Assembly: GCA_964016885.1 (NCBI GenBank)
Contig: CAXHJY010000973.1
Span: 310,001-374,000, forward strand
DNA length: 64,000 nucleotides
Origin: Eledone cirrhosa
Lineage: Eukaryota
Direction of reading: 5' to 3'
Shown here: positions 39,500 through 50,374 of the stretch, piece after piece
Position numbering within the stretch: the stretch's first letter is position 1
Layout of the letters: the number at the start of each line of letters is the position of its first letter
Notes under the pieces: model-generated
Told to the model about the DNA's origin: nothing
The model's input: only the letters and a program-made list of their open reading frames with translations
Database searches by the model: none
Translations under genes and position numbers: made by a program

Positions 39500-41477
39500 T
39501 TAGCAATAAAAAAAAAAGGGAGAGGAACAGGGACAGACACTATACCTCCAGTCAGGGCAGGGATTTAGCTGTGACCTGCAGACAGAATAGTGATAGCATT
39601 ACCACAGAGAATGGCCAGCAACACCCAGCCCTTCCTCAGGGGTCACCTTTCTCAAGCAGTGAGGACCTAGGACATTAGAAGTGTCGACAGTGAGGACCTA
39701 GGACATTAGAGGTCTCAACAGAGGACCTAGGACATTAGAAGTGTCGACAGTGAGGACCTAGGACATTAGAGGTCTCGACAGAGGACCTAGGACATTAGAA
39801 GTGTCGACAGAGGACCTAGGACATTAGAGGTCTCAACAGAGGACCTAGGACATTAGAAGTGTCGACAGTGAGGACCTAGGACATTAGAGGTCTCAACAGA
39901 GGACCTAGGACATTAGAAGTGTCGACAGAGGACCTAGGACATTAGAGGTCTCAACAGAGGACCTAGGACATTAGAAGTGTCGACAGTGAGGACCTAGGAC
40001 ATTAGAGGTCTCGACAGAGGACCTAGGACATTAGAAGTGTCGACAGAGGACCTAGGACATTAGAGGTCTCAACAGAGGACCTAGGACATTAGAAGTGTCG
40101 ACAGTGAGGACCTAGGACATTAGAGGTCTCGACAGAGGACCTAGGACATTAGAAGTGTCGACAGAGGACCTAGGACATTAGAGGTCTCAACAGAGGACCT
40201 AGGACATTAGAAGTGTCGACAGTGAGGACCTAGGACATTAGAGGTCTCAACAGAGGACCTAGGACATTAGAAGTGTCGACAGTGAGGACCTAGGACATTA
40301 GAGGTCTCAACAGAGGACCTAGGACATTAGAAGTGTCGACAGTGAGGACCTAGGACATTAGAGGTCTCAACAGAGGACCTAGGACATTAGAAGTGTCGAC
40401 AGTGAGGACCTAGGACATTAGAGGTCTCAACAGAGGACCTAGGACATTAGAAGTGTCGACAGTGAGGACCTAGGACATTAGAGGTCTCAACAGAGGACCT
40501 AGGACATTAGAAGTGTCGACAGTGAGGACCTAGGACATTAGAGGTCTCAACAGAGGACCTAGGACATTAGAAGTGTCGACAGTGAGGACCTAGGACATTA
40601 GAGGTCTCAACAGAGGACCTAGGACATTAGAGGTCTCGACAGAGGACCTAGGACATTAGAAGTGTCGACAGTGAGGACCTAGGACATTAGAGGTCTCGAC
40701 AGAGGACCTAGGACATTAGAAGTGTCGACAGTGAGGACCTAGGACATTAGAGGTCTCAACAGAGGACCTAGGACATTAGAAGTGTCGACAGTGAGGACCT
40801 AGGACATTAGAGGTCTCAACAGAGGACCTAGGACATTAGAAGTGTCGACAGTGAGGACCTAGGACATTAGAGGTCTCAACAGAGGACCTAGGACATTAGA
40901 AGTGTCGACAGTGAGGACCTAGGACATTAGAGGTCTCAACAGAGGACCTAGGACATTAGAAGTGTCGACAGTGAGGACCTAGGACATTAGAGGTCTCAAC
41001 AGAGGACCTAGGACATTAGAAGTGTCGACAGTGAGGACCTAGGACATTAGAGGTCTCAACAGAGGACCTAGGACATTAGAAGTGTCGACAGTGAGGACCT
41101 AGGACATTAGAGGTCTCAACAGAGGACCTAGGACATTAGAAGTGTCGACAGTGAGGACCTAGGACATTAGAGGTCTCGACAGAGGACCTAGGACATTAGA
41201 AGTGTCGACAGTGAGGACCTAGGACATTAGAGGTCTCAACAGAGGACCTAGGACATTAGAGGTCTCGACAGAGGACCTAGGACATTAGAAGTGTCGACAG
41301 TGAGGACCTAGGACATTAGAGGTCTCAACAGAGGACCTAGGACATTAGAGGTCTCGACAGAGGACCTAGGACATTAGAAGTGTCGACAGTGAGGACCTAG
41401 GACATTAGAGGTCTCAACAGCGACCAGTATGAAAAGGAAGCTGTCTCTCCTCCACATCGTGGCTGACGGTGACGGAG
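39500..41477 (-). mobile_element. Decayed 3' end of an RLE-type (CRE-like) non-LTR retrotransposon, interrupted by its own tandem expansion
   Basis: Minus strand reads FLFILVAVETSNVLGP, then (after the array, frameshifted) GDP..LLAILCGNAITILSAG. This resembles the CRE-clade C-terminal F.P.A.ET.G..GP ... LAIQRGNAA.IL signature recalled from the family. Confidence 0.6.
39657..41420. repeat. 29/31-bp satellite arranged mostly as a 60-bp dimer, ~59 monomers
   Basis: Alternating GAGGACCTAGGACATTAGAAGTGTCGACAGT (31) and GAGGACCTAGGACATTAGAGGTCTCAACA (29). Identical 60-nt lines at 40201-40620 and 40741-41160. Confidence 0.98.
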
Positions 41478-41548
41478 TTAAAATAAACAATAACCAAGAA
41501 TTATAAGGAAAAATATACACAGCAACCACAAATATTCCTCAACGTTTA

Positions 41549-42930
41549 CACATACCCCACACCACACCCACATACACCACCACTCCACCCACATACCCCA
41601 CACCACACCCACATACACCACCACTCCACCCACATACACCACCACTCCACCCACATACCCCACACCACACCCACATACACCACCACTCCACCCACATACC
41701 CCACACCACCACCACACTCACATACACCACCACTCCACCCACATACACCACCACCACACTCACATACACCACCACTCCACCCACATACACCACCACCACA
41801 CTCACATACCCCACCACCACTCCACTCACATACACCACCACTCCACCCACATACACCACCACTCCACTCACATACACCACCACCACATACACCACCAATC
41901 CACCCACATACACCACCACCACACTCACATACACCACCACTCCACTCACATACACCACCACTCCACCCACATACACCACCATCACACTCACATACACCAC
42001 CACTCCCTCACATACACCACCACTCCACCCACATACACCACCACCATACCCACATACACCACCACTCCACCCACATACACCACCACTACACCCACATACA
42101 ACACCACTACACCCACATACACCACCACTCCACCCACATACACCACCACCACACTCACATACACCACCACTCCACTCACATACACCACCACTCCACCCAC
42201 ATACACCACCACTCCACCCACATACACCACCACTACACCCACATACAACACCACTACACCCACATACACCACCACTCCACCCACATACACCACCATCACA
42301 CTCACATACACCACCACTCCACCCACATACACCACCACCACACCCACATACACCACCACTCCACCCACATACACCACCACCACACTCACATACACCACCA
42401 CCACACCCACATACACCAACACTCCACTCGCATACACCACTCCACCCACATACACCACCACTCCACCCACATACCCCACACCACCACACCACATACACCA
42501 CCACTCCACCCACATACACCACCACCACTCCACCCACATACCCCACACCACCACTACACCCACACCACCACCACCACACTCACATACACCACCACTACAC
42601 TCACACACACCACCACCACATACCCCACACTCACATACACCACCACTCCACCCACATACACCACCACCACCACACTCACATACACCACCACTCCACCCAC
42701 ATACACCACCACCACACCCACATACACCACCACTCCACCCACATACACCACCACTCCACCCACATACACCACCACTACACTCACACCACCACCACACTCA
42801 CATACACCACCACTCCACCCACATACACCACCACCACCACCACCCCACCACTCCACATACATACCCCACACCACACCCACATACACCACCACCATATACC
42901 CCACACCACCACTACACCCACATACACCCA
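41549..42930. repeat. ~21-bp CA-rich minisatellite (CACATACACCACCACTCCACC) with 18/24-bp variants
   Basis: Read directly. Produces the spurious V/G/C-rich minus-strand ORFs. Confidence 0.97.
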
Positions 42931-43120
42931 TCGTTTTTTTTGTAACCTATTTCTCTGCTGATATAGGAGTATACAAGTGTAATTATTTCCCCTGCTGCCA
43001 TCTGGTGGAAAGGTATTACTACAGCCTTCTACACAGTTTGAAGGCTGGTGAAAACCTCATTCCACCCATGCTGGAATAAATAAAACATACAACAAATTTA
43101 TAGAGAAATATACAAAGAAA

Positions 43121-43546
43121 TTACTTCTTCTTTGACCACTTATTCCTGAGAGGGTCGTGGGAGCAGAGCCCTCAAACACTCCTTCCAGAGAGTCCTGTTA
43201 CAAGTAACTGTCTCCAACTGATCTGGATGGATCCCCAAGCGAAACCAGCCAAGCTCATGGATGTTATCCAACCATCTTACTCGGGGTCTACCCCTGGGTC
43301 TTCTGCCTGTTGGTTTTGCTTGTAAAATCTCCCCAGAGATTCTTTCCCGAGATATTCTAACCACATGTCCACAGTATCAGAGCTGTGATCTCTCAATCCG
43401 GAGAAGTAGCGACCCTAACTGGAGTGACTCGCTGATCTCTGAGCTACACACACTATCAAGTCATGTTACTCCAAAGACCCTTCAGAGGACCTCCATTTCA
43501 GCCACTTATATTCTCGATCGTATTCTTTCAGTTCTTACCCAGAACT
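43121..43546 (-). mobile_element. 3' fragment of a second, distinct RTE-like LINE family
   Basis: GRRPRGRPRVRWLDNI...NRTLWK C-terminal motif typical of RTE ORFs; short GAAGAAGTAA tail. Sequence differs from the main RTE family. Confidence 0.8.
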
Positions 43547-43579
43547 AATTAAATAAATCACAGTAAACAAAAGACTTAC

Positions 43580-43772
43580 CTTTAAAATCTCCAACATCAA
43601 CAGAATCCCTGAAGGATCCACTACACTTTTTATTCTCAATCTCGTTGATAAGAGAGGTTGAACTGAGCACAAGTTCACAATTGTCTGTGTAACAACTGAG
43701 ACCACTCAGTAAAAGACCATTAGAATGACCATCAGTAAATGGGGCGGTCAGTGACTTGAAGAGCAGGTCAGT
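43580..43772 (-). CDS. NCAPH: NCAPH exon TDLLFKSLTAPFTDGHSNGLLLSGLSCYTDNCELVLSSTSLINEIENKKCSGSFRDSVDVGDFK, phase 0 to phase 1
   Basis: Acceptor TTGTTCCTTTCAAAG and donor GTAAGT; 193 nt. Aligns with the CAP-H DP(M/L)F..(A)FD....G(V/L)(F/L)L..L......EL block. Confidence 0.9.
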
Positions 43773-44032
43773 CTTTGAAAGGAACAACACAGAAAGTTCA
43801 CACATATAAGACAATATATATATATATATATATAATGGAGAATAGGGTGGCTATGTAGTTGCTAGTTAAGTTAGGCTTAAAAATAGAATGAGAGAAAGAA
43901 GAAAGCAAGAATGGGGGGAGGGGGGAGTGTCCTCGTCAGTTGTATCCTGGGAGGGGGTCTCGAAAATTTCAACACTTTGAAATATCCAGGAGACAACTCC
44001 TATATATATATATATATATATATAGTCTATAT

Positions 44033-46929
44033 ATCATCATCATCGTTTAACGTCTATCTTCCACGCTAGCATGGGTTTAGACGGGAATTGTCCCACTTGA
44101 GGCAAGAGTGGTTGTCTTGCTCGCATAGGACTGTCTGGCGGGTTTTCTACAGCTGGATGCCCTTCCTAACACCAACCACATTTACAGTGTGGACTGGGAG
44201 GTTTTTACCGTGTTACCTACACGGCCACATTACAGCGTGGACTGTATAATTGTGTAGCGCCAAAGATCTCGATACAATGACATTGTCTTAGAGAGGTGTA
44301 GGTGTGTGAGGTCGAAATTTATCAGATCGTCCCAGGTTTTTCTACCTACTCCTTAACTACCATCTATTTTTATCGCCCTGCACTTCTTTATACAGCTGTC
44401 GTCTTTCATGCGCATCACGTGACCATACCAACGTAGTCTTCTCTCAAGTAAACAGCATCTGATCCCTCATATACATAATTTCTCAATTAGTTCATTTATG
44501 CTTTGCCGTTCCCATATATTACTATTACACATCCAGCGGAGCATGCAAGCTTCGTTCCTCTCTAGTCTGCGTATATCCTCTGCACACAATGCCCAGGTCT
44601 CACTGCCATGCAACATTGCTGTTCGTATGCAGGCATCATACAGTCTGCCTTTCATTTTTAGAGAGAAACCTTTAGCAGCCAATAGTGGTATAAGCTCTCT
44701 GAACTTTTTCCATTCCGTTCTGACTCTGGCTAATGTACTTTCGGAGCACCCTCCACCACTGCTGATTTTGTCACCCAGGTAACGGAAGGTGTCCACTATT
44801 TCTATAGAGCCATCTGGGCAATAAAAGGAGCTAGTATCCTGTGGGCACTTGCTACTTATTGCACCTGAGCACCGGCCACATATAAAGTCTACGTTCTTAG
44901 ATAGCTTACCTGTGATCCCACTACATCTTTTATGCACCGTTACTTTGCATTTGGGACATAAAATGGAATTTCTGCCTACTCCTTTCCTACACTGAGCATA
45001 GCCATTTCCCAGAGGGGACCTGTGCCCTATTTTCCTTCCTACATACTACAACTTTAGTCTTAGAAAAGTTAACTTTAAGGCCTTTTGATTCTAGGCCATG
45101 CTTCCATGTTTGGAATTTCTTTTCTAGTTCAGCCATCGATTCAGCTATGAGCGTTAGATCATCTGCATAGAGAAGTTCCCATGGGCAGCCGGTCGTGAAC
45201 TCCTCTGTTATAGCCTGAAGGGCAATAATAAATAGGAGGGGGCTAAGGACAGAGCCCTGATGAACACCAAATTTTAAACTAAATTCTTCACAATATTCGT
45301 TGTTAATTCTAACCTTGCTGACTGTTTCTTTATACCATGGCTTGTATAGCTCTCACAAGCCATTCATCTACGCCTAGTTTTCTAAGGGCCCACCAGATTA
45401 TGGCACGGGGGACTCTGTCAAATGCTTTCTCCAAGTCAACACAAGCTATGTGTAGGGGTTTACTTTTAGCTAGGTACTTCTCCTGTAGTTGTCGTACAAG
45501 GAAAAGGGCGTATCTGGTACTTTTAACTGACACAAACCCAAACTGCATTTCATCTAGATCAATTCGCTCTCTGATTAGTTGCACTATAACTTTTTCTGTG
45601 ACCTTCATGACCTGATCAATTAATTTAATGCCTCTATAGTTTCCTCTATCTAGTGCATCTCCTTTATCCTTGTAGCAGTTAATGATGATGTTACGCCAGT
45701 CATTTGGTATGACCCCGTTCTGTATGACTTGGTTTACTATCCGGGTGACCATAGTGTGTCCCACTGTTCCAGATGCTTTCAGCATTTCAGCAACTATCTC
45801 CGAAGGCCCAACCGCCTTGCCTGTCTTCATATCTTTCATTGCCTTACTTATTATACTACCTTCAACTTGCACTGCTGGTCCCTCTATTAGATCGATTTGG
45901 GGCAGACTATTTTTTTCCCATTTATTCTCCTCATTTAGTGACACTTCCAAGCTACCTTCTTATCAATATCAGTGATGGTAAGTACACCGTTATCATTACG
46001 GACACACTTCTCCCCGACAATATCACGGTTTTCCTTGACACATTGTCTAGCAATCCTGAACACCTCACGTTTTTGGTACTCGTGTTGTAGAACATGCTTG
46101 AACTTTCTTTCCTCTGCTTCCCTTTTTGCAAAGTACACTTGTCTCCTAGCTTCCCTCCTGGCCACTTGTTAGTATTCTCTACTTCCCCCATCCCGCCATA
46201 CTTTCCAAGCCTGCTTTTTGGCCTTAATTGACTCCTCCACCTTACTGTTCCACCACCACGTTAGTCTCCTCCTGCCTATAGGTCTGCTCCAGCCACAGAT
46301 TTCATCTGCCGCCTTCAGCAGGTTAACTTTCAGGAATTCCCACTGTTCCTCTATATTGTACGTCTCTAATTGCTCTTCCTTACTGTCAAAATTTATTACT
46401 GGCTGTGGGGTCCTTTAGCTTCCATATTTTTCTCCTGAGGGTTGTCCTCCTCTGTTGTCGAATACGTCTCATCCTGACTATGAGGTCGCTAACTATGAGG
46501 CTATGTTGGGAGGTGCATTCTTCATGGGGGAGGGATTTAGTGTTTACGACAGGCACTCTGTCACGTCTTCTGGTAAGGATATAATCTATCTGACTGGAGT
46601 GTTCCCCTGATCTATAGGTGATCAAGTGATTGTCTCGTATTTTGAAGTTTGTGTTACAGATAGTTAGGTTATTTGCATCACAGAATTCCAGGATTCTGGA
46701 GCCTTCCTCATTTCTAGTAACAAACCCATAGCCTCCATGGATTTTACCCACAATGAATCTAGCAGACCCACCTCTCCACCTGGTCTCTTGAATACAGCAA
46801 ACATCAACCTCCTTACGTTCAAGCATCTCTACAACCTCGTTTGAGCGACCTTTTAAGGTACCTACATTCATGGTACCAACTCTGAAGTTTTGGATTGTAT
46901 TTGGTGGGTGGGGCGGACATGGCGCAGGG
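44033..46929 (-). mobile_element. Older near-full-length RTE copy (APE+RT+PHD-like finger), frameshifted and with several deletions
   Basis: ORF fragments 46386-46940 (APE), 45330-45950 (RT) and 44467-44937 are collinear with the 1068-aa ORF. (ATC)n tail abuts a (TA)n tract at 44001-44032. Confidence 0.95.
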
Positions 46930-46935
46930 ATATAT

Positions 46936-47029
46936 ATCAAGTTTAATATAGAAACGCCTTTTACAGGATGATTTCTTTTGAATAAAACAGTTCTAGTCCT
47001 GTAGAAGCTATTTCTATATTAAACTTGAT
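46936..47029 (+). other. Hairpin with ~33-bp arms enclosing a decayed hammerhead-like core (Penelope-like relic)
   Basis: ATCAAGTTTAATATAGAAACGCCTTTTACAGGA pairs with TCCTGTAGAAGCTATTTCTATATTAAACTTGAT. Interior reads GATGA-TTTCTTTTGAAT-AAAAC-AGTTCTA-GTC. Confidence 0.55.
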
Positions 47030-47117
47030 GTTTACACTCTACTAATGTATTGAGTACCTTACTTACTGTAGTTACCCCCAATTGAACCAAGGACTCACAG
47101 ATTAATACAGATTAATA

Positions 47118-47230
47118 GATTAATAGTTTAAGCAAAGAATGTCTGCTTTCACCCTAAACGGGATCATCTGAAACTTTCAAATGATCCCGTTTAGGGTGAA
47201 AGCAGAAATTCTTTGCTTAAACTTTTAATC
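47118..47230. repeat. Near-perfect palindrome, 56-bp arms, 1-nt loop (centre 47174)
   Basis: Right arm reverse-complements to the left arm with 3 mismatches. Confidence 0.95.
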
Positions 47231-47240
47231 TGTACTAACA

Positions 47241-47301
<61 letters not shown>

Positions 47302-47417
47302 ATATATATATATATGTGGCCGACCGGGGTAGAAGCTGCTAAATGTTCGGTCGTCCTCATATCTCTTATTTTCAGTCCCATGAATTTTGTCTATTATATT
47401 CCTTTGTTATATTTTGA

Positions 47418-47475
47418 ATACCTGATGATGTCACTGGATTCATACTGAACGCGGTCATTGAAATGATCATAGTAT
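47418..47475 (+). ncRNA. Candidate minimal type I hammerhead ribozyme (Penelope-like element type)
   Basis: ATAC-CTGATGA-[stem II]-GAAA-T-GATC-A-TA-GTAT: intact core, 4-bp stem I, 1-bp stem III with palindromic ATGATCAT. AATAAA follows immediately; flanked by (TA)n tracts. Confidence 0.6.
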
Positions 47476-47639
47476 AATAAACCTTTTAAGGAAATACACC
47501 ACTCCAGCCTCCTGTTATAATATATATATATACATATGAAGGTTTACATATACATAAAGTTATAAATATATATATATGTTGCAACCGGTCACTTTGTGGC
47601 TCTATGAAGAATTCTAAGGACATGATTTATGATATATAT

Positions 47640-48186
47640 ATATATATATACACACATAATATGATATATAGACCAATAATATATACACACACATAATATG
47701 ATATATAGACCAATAATATATACACACACATAATATGATATATAGACCAATAATATATACACACACACATATGATATATAGGTCAATAATATATATACAC
47801 ACGTAATATGATATATAGGCCAATAATATATACACACACATAATATGATATATAGGTCAATAATATATATACACACGTAATATGATATATAGGCCAATAA
47901 TATATACACACACATAATATGATATATAGACCAATAATATATACACACACATAATATGATATATAGACCAATAATATATACACACACATAATATGATATA
48001 TAGGTCAATAATATATATACACACGTAATATGATATATAGGCCAATAATATATACACACACATAATATGATATATAGGCCAATAATATATATACACATGT
48101 AATATGATATATAGGCCAATAATATATATACACATGTAATATGATATATAGGCCAATAATATATATACACACGTAATATGATATAT
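47640..48186. repeat. 37-bp AT-rich minisatellite (GACCAATAATATATACACACACATAATATGATATATA), ~14-15 units
   Basis: GACCAATAAT at 47671, 47708, 47745 and onward. Confidence 0.96.
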
Positions 48187-48223
48187 TCAATAGACTATAT
48201 TGTATTTTATACATAAAATATAA

Positions 48224-48489
48224 TATAGTGTGCAAAGTTTGAACCTTTGAAGTTATGAGGTTTATAGAAAACAGACAGAAAAGATAACTGTAAACACAGT
48301 TAATTGTTAACTGTAAACAGTTAATTGTTTATAAATGACAGCCTAGATGGAAAAAAGGTGGTTAGCAGCCACTTTTTTTGTCTATAGAGATATTTTACCC
48401 AATTTTTTAGGTTGTTATTTATGACACCCAACTGTGTTTACAGTTATTCTGTCGAGTTTTGTAATTTTCTAAAAACATAATATACTATA
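48224..48489. mobile_element. Degenerate MITE with long imperfect inverted ends
   Basis: Perfect 18-bp inverted pair ATAACTGTAAACACAGTT (48284-48301) / AACTGTGTTTACAGTTAT (48430-48447). Outer ends TATAGTGTG...TATACTATA. Confidence 0.55.
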
Positions 48490-48568
48490 TTAAATATATA
48501 CTATTACTATGTTCGTCACCACCAATTCTTAATTAACACACATGAAAAATACATAAATAATCACTCAC

Positions 48569-48637
48569 CCCAAAATCCACCTCAAATTTATCCAAACTAA
48601 TATTCTTCATGTTGGTTTCAATGAATTTGTTCCGTCT
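48569..48637 (-). CDS. NCAPH: NCAPH exon RRNKFIETNMKNISLDKFEVDFG, phase 0 to phase 0
   Basis: Acceptor CTAATTTCAG and donor GTGAGT; 69 nt. Matches the CAP-H TIE.N..N(I/L) block preceding DPLF. Confidence 0.9.
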
Positions 48638-48710
48638 CTGAAATTAGATAAAAAGTTGGTGAGTGCAAGCTTCCTTATCAGAACCAAAAGATGCTAGCAG
48701 AAGAAATAAT

Positions 48711-48894
48711 TGTTTCTACTTTTGGCACAAGGCCAGCAATTACCCAGTGTATTACTGGTACTTTATTTTATCGACCCCGTAAGGATGAAAGGCAAAGTTA
48801 ACCGTGACAGGATTTGAACTCAGATCATAAAGGGACGTAACTGTTTGCTGGAAAGCATGGCGTCCGACCCTCTACCGATACTGCCAATCCACCA
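48711..48894 (-). mobile_element. tRNA-derived SINE with 13-bp target-site duplication
   Basis: TSD CAGAAGAAATAAT at 48698-48710 and 48895-48907. A/B-box-like motifs. Central GCCTTTCATCCTTACGGGGTCGATAAAT.AAGTACC resembles the MetaSINE-type domain as I recall it. Confidence 0.9.
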
Positions 48895-48963
48895 CAGAAG
48901 AAATAATGTGGTTCTGAAAGATGTGAGAAGTTTTGAAATATTCTTCCAATCCTGTAAATATAG

Positions 48964-49140
48964 TCTAACCCATGCTAGCGTGGAAGATGGACGTTAAATG
49001 ATGATGATAGGCAGTGAATTGACAGAGTTAGAACATTGAATGTTTTGTAGTATTTCTTCTGACTCTTTCATCTGTGAGTTCAAATCCCACCAAGGTCAAC
49101 TTTGCCTTTCATTTTTTCGAAGCGCATAAAAAAAAGTACC
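48964..49140 (+). mobile_element. Short RTE tail followed by a degenerate SINE of the 48711 type
   Basis: CCCATGCTAGCGTGGAAGATGGACGTTAAATGATGATGAT, then GGCAGTGAATTG...GAGTTCAAATCC...GTCAACTTTGCCTTTCAT. Confidence 0.75.
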
Positions 49141-49212
49141 CGTCATTCTTACTCTCTCACTTCCTCTCTATATCTCTCACTTCCTTTCTCTCACTCTCTC
49201 TACATCTCTCAC

Positions 49213-49249
<37 letters not shown>

Positions 49250-49629
49250 CTCTCTATATCTCTCACTTCCTTTTTCTCATTCTGTGGAAGAAATCTGCTT
49301 TGTTCAGACTTAGAGAGTAGATGGGTTCTGCCAGGTTTAAAAAGCCCAAGATACAATGTACATCACTACAGTACCCCTTCCAAGTTTATATGAGGTATAT
49401 CTACCCTCCAGGTTTATACAAAGTATATCTACCCTTCAGTTAACATCACTATATGATCTACTGCCTACTCTCTATACCCTATATTAAGGATGGGTGAAGC
49501 GAAATAAATATAAAACATTATGTACACCTTGTATTGTTGAGGACAGAGTTTTCAGTGTTTGCTAGTGTTGGCAATAAGGAATGGCAATGTTCTCCAAACT
49601 TCCACTAACATTAGTCAGATGTTTCTCAC

Positions 49630-49750
49630 ATAATAATAATGAAATTATTGTGTACAGTGCTCAGGTGCACTACAACTCATCAAGGGCGCATGTATAGTAC
49701 ATAGAATAATATACAAATGTCAAGTGAATAGTGTACGAGTCATGATATAG
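49630..49750 (-). mobile_element. Short 3'-UTR fragment of the CR1-type LINE (no array)
   Basis: TAATAATAATGAAATTATTGTGTACAGTGCTCAGGTGCAC matches 60311-60350. Confidence 0.88.
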
Positions 49751-50000
49751 AAATGGTAGATCTTCCTACATCATACCATACATATTTAGTACCTTGTGAC
49801 AGCGTGTTACCGAGAACCTTGGCTGTAAACGCACACACACACACACACACAGCATAGAGACAAGACAAACACCAACAGGATATGAAATTATGTTAGGGTC
49901 CTTCAATCTTCTCCTTACATATTTATCAACTTTCGAGAGACACAAAAACCAAACACAAAATAACAAAAATAAACAAAACATAAAAACTACAAATAAATAC

Positions 50001-50086
50001 TTTTTTCTTCTTTATTTTGGCATTCTCTAAATTTTCGTCAGCACAATTGTCATCAGTTTCATCGTTATCATCACCATTGTCCTTGC
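50001..50086 (-). CDS. NCAPH: NCAPH exon (G)KDNGDDNDETDDNCADENLENAKIKKKK, phase 1 to phase 0
   Basis: Acceptor ...AAAATGCAG downstream of a pyrimidine tract and CTGAC, donor GTATTT; 86 nt. Encodes the acidic-then-basic linker expected after the N-terminal kleisin block; phases fit both neighbours. Confidence 0.85.
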
Positions 50087-50374
50087 CTGCATTTTTGTCA
50101 GTGAAGAGAAAAAACATCCAGAAACAATACGTCAACATTGTATAATGAACAACCACTAGCAACTAATGAGAGAAAGTACACAAACATCTATAAATAGCAA
50201 CTAAAATTTACCACAAATCTTACTCCACTGCCTTAACCCTTTAGTATTTAAACCAGCCATATCCAGCCAGAATTCTCTCACTTCTTTCTGTTCAAACTGG
50301 CCACTCATACTGATGTTAAGGTATTGTTCTCAAAATAAATAACATCAAAATTTCATAGATTCCATATTAAATAA

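Noticed and set aside
39657-41420. CRISPR-like repeat with short spacers
   Set aside because: The variable part has only a few alternating states of 10-12 nt; it is a dimeric satellite.
41478-42931. Gly/Val/Cys-rich ORFs as keratin-associated or shell-type proteins
   Set aside because: All three minus frames are open because the CA-rich repeat lacks stop codons; no signal peptide or splice context.
47589-48235. Tyr/Ile/Cys-rich ORFs
   Set aside because: Translations of the 37-bp minisatellite.
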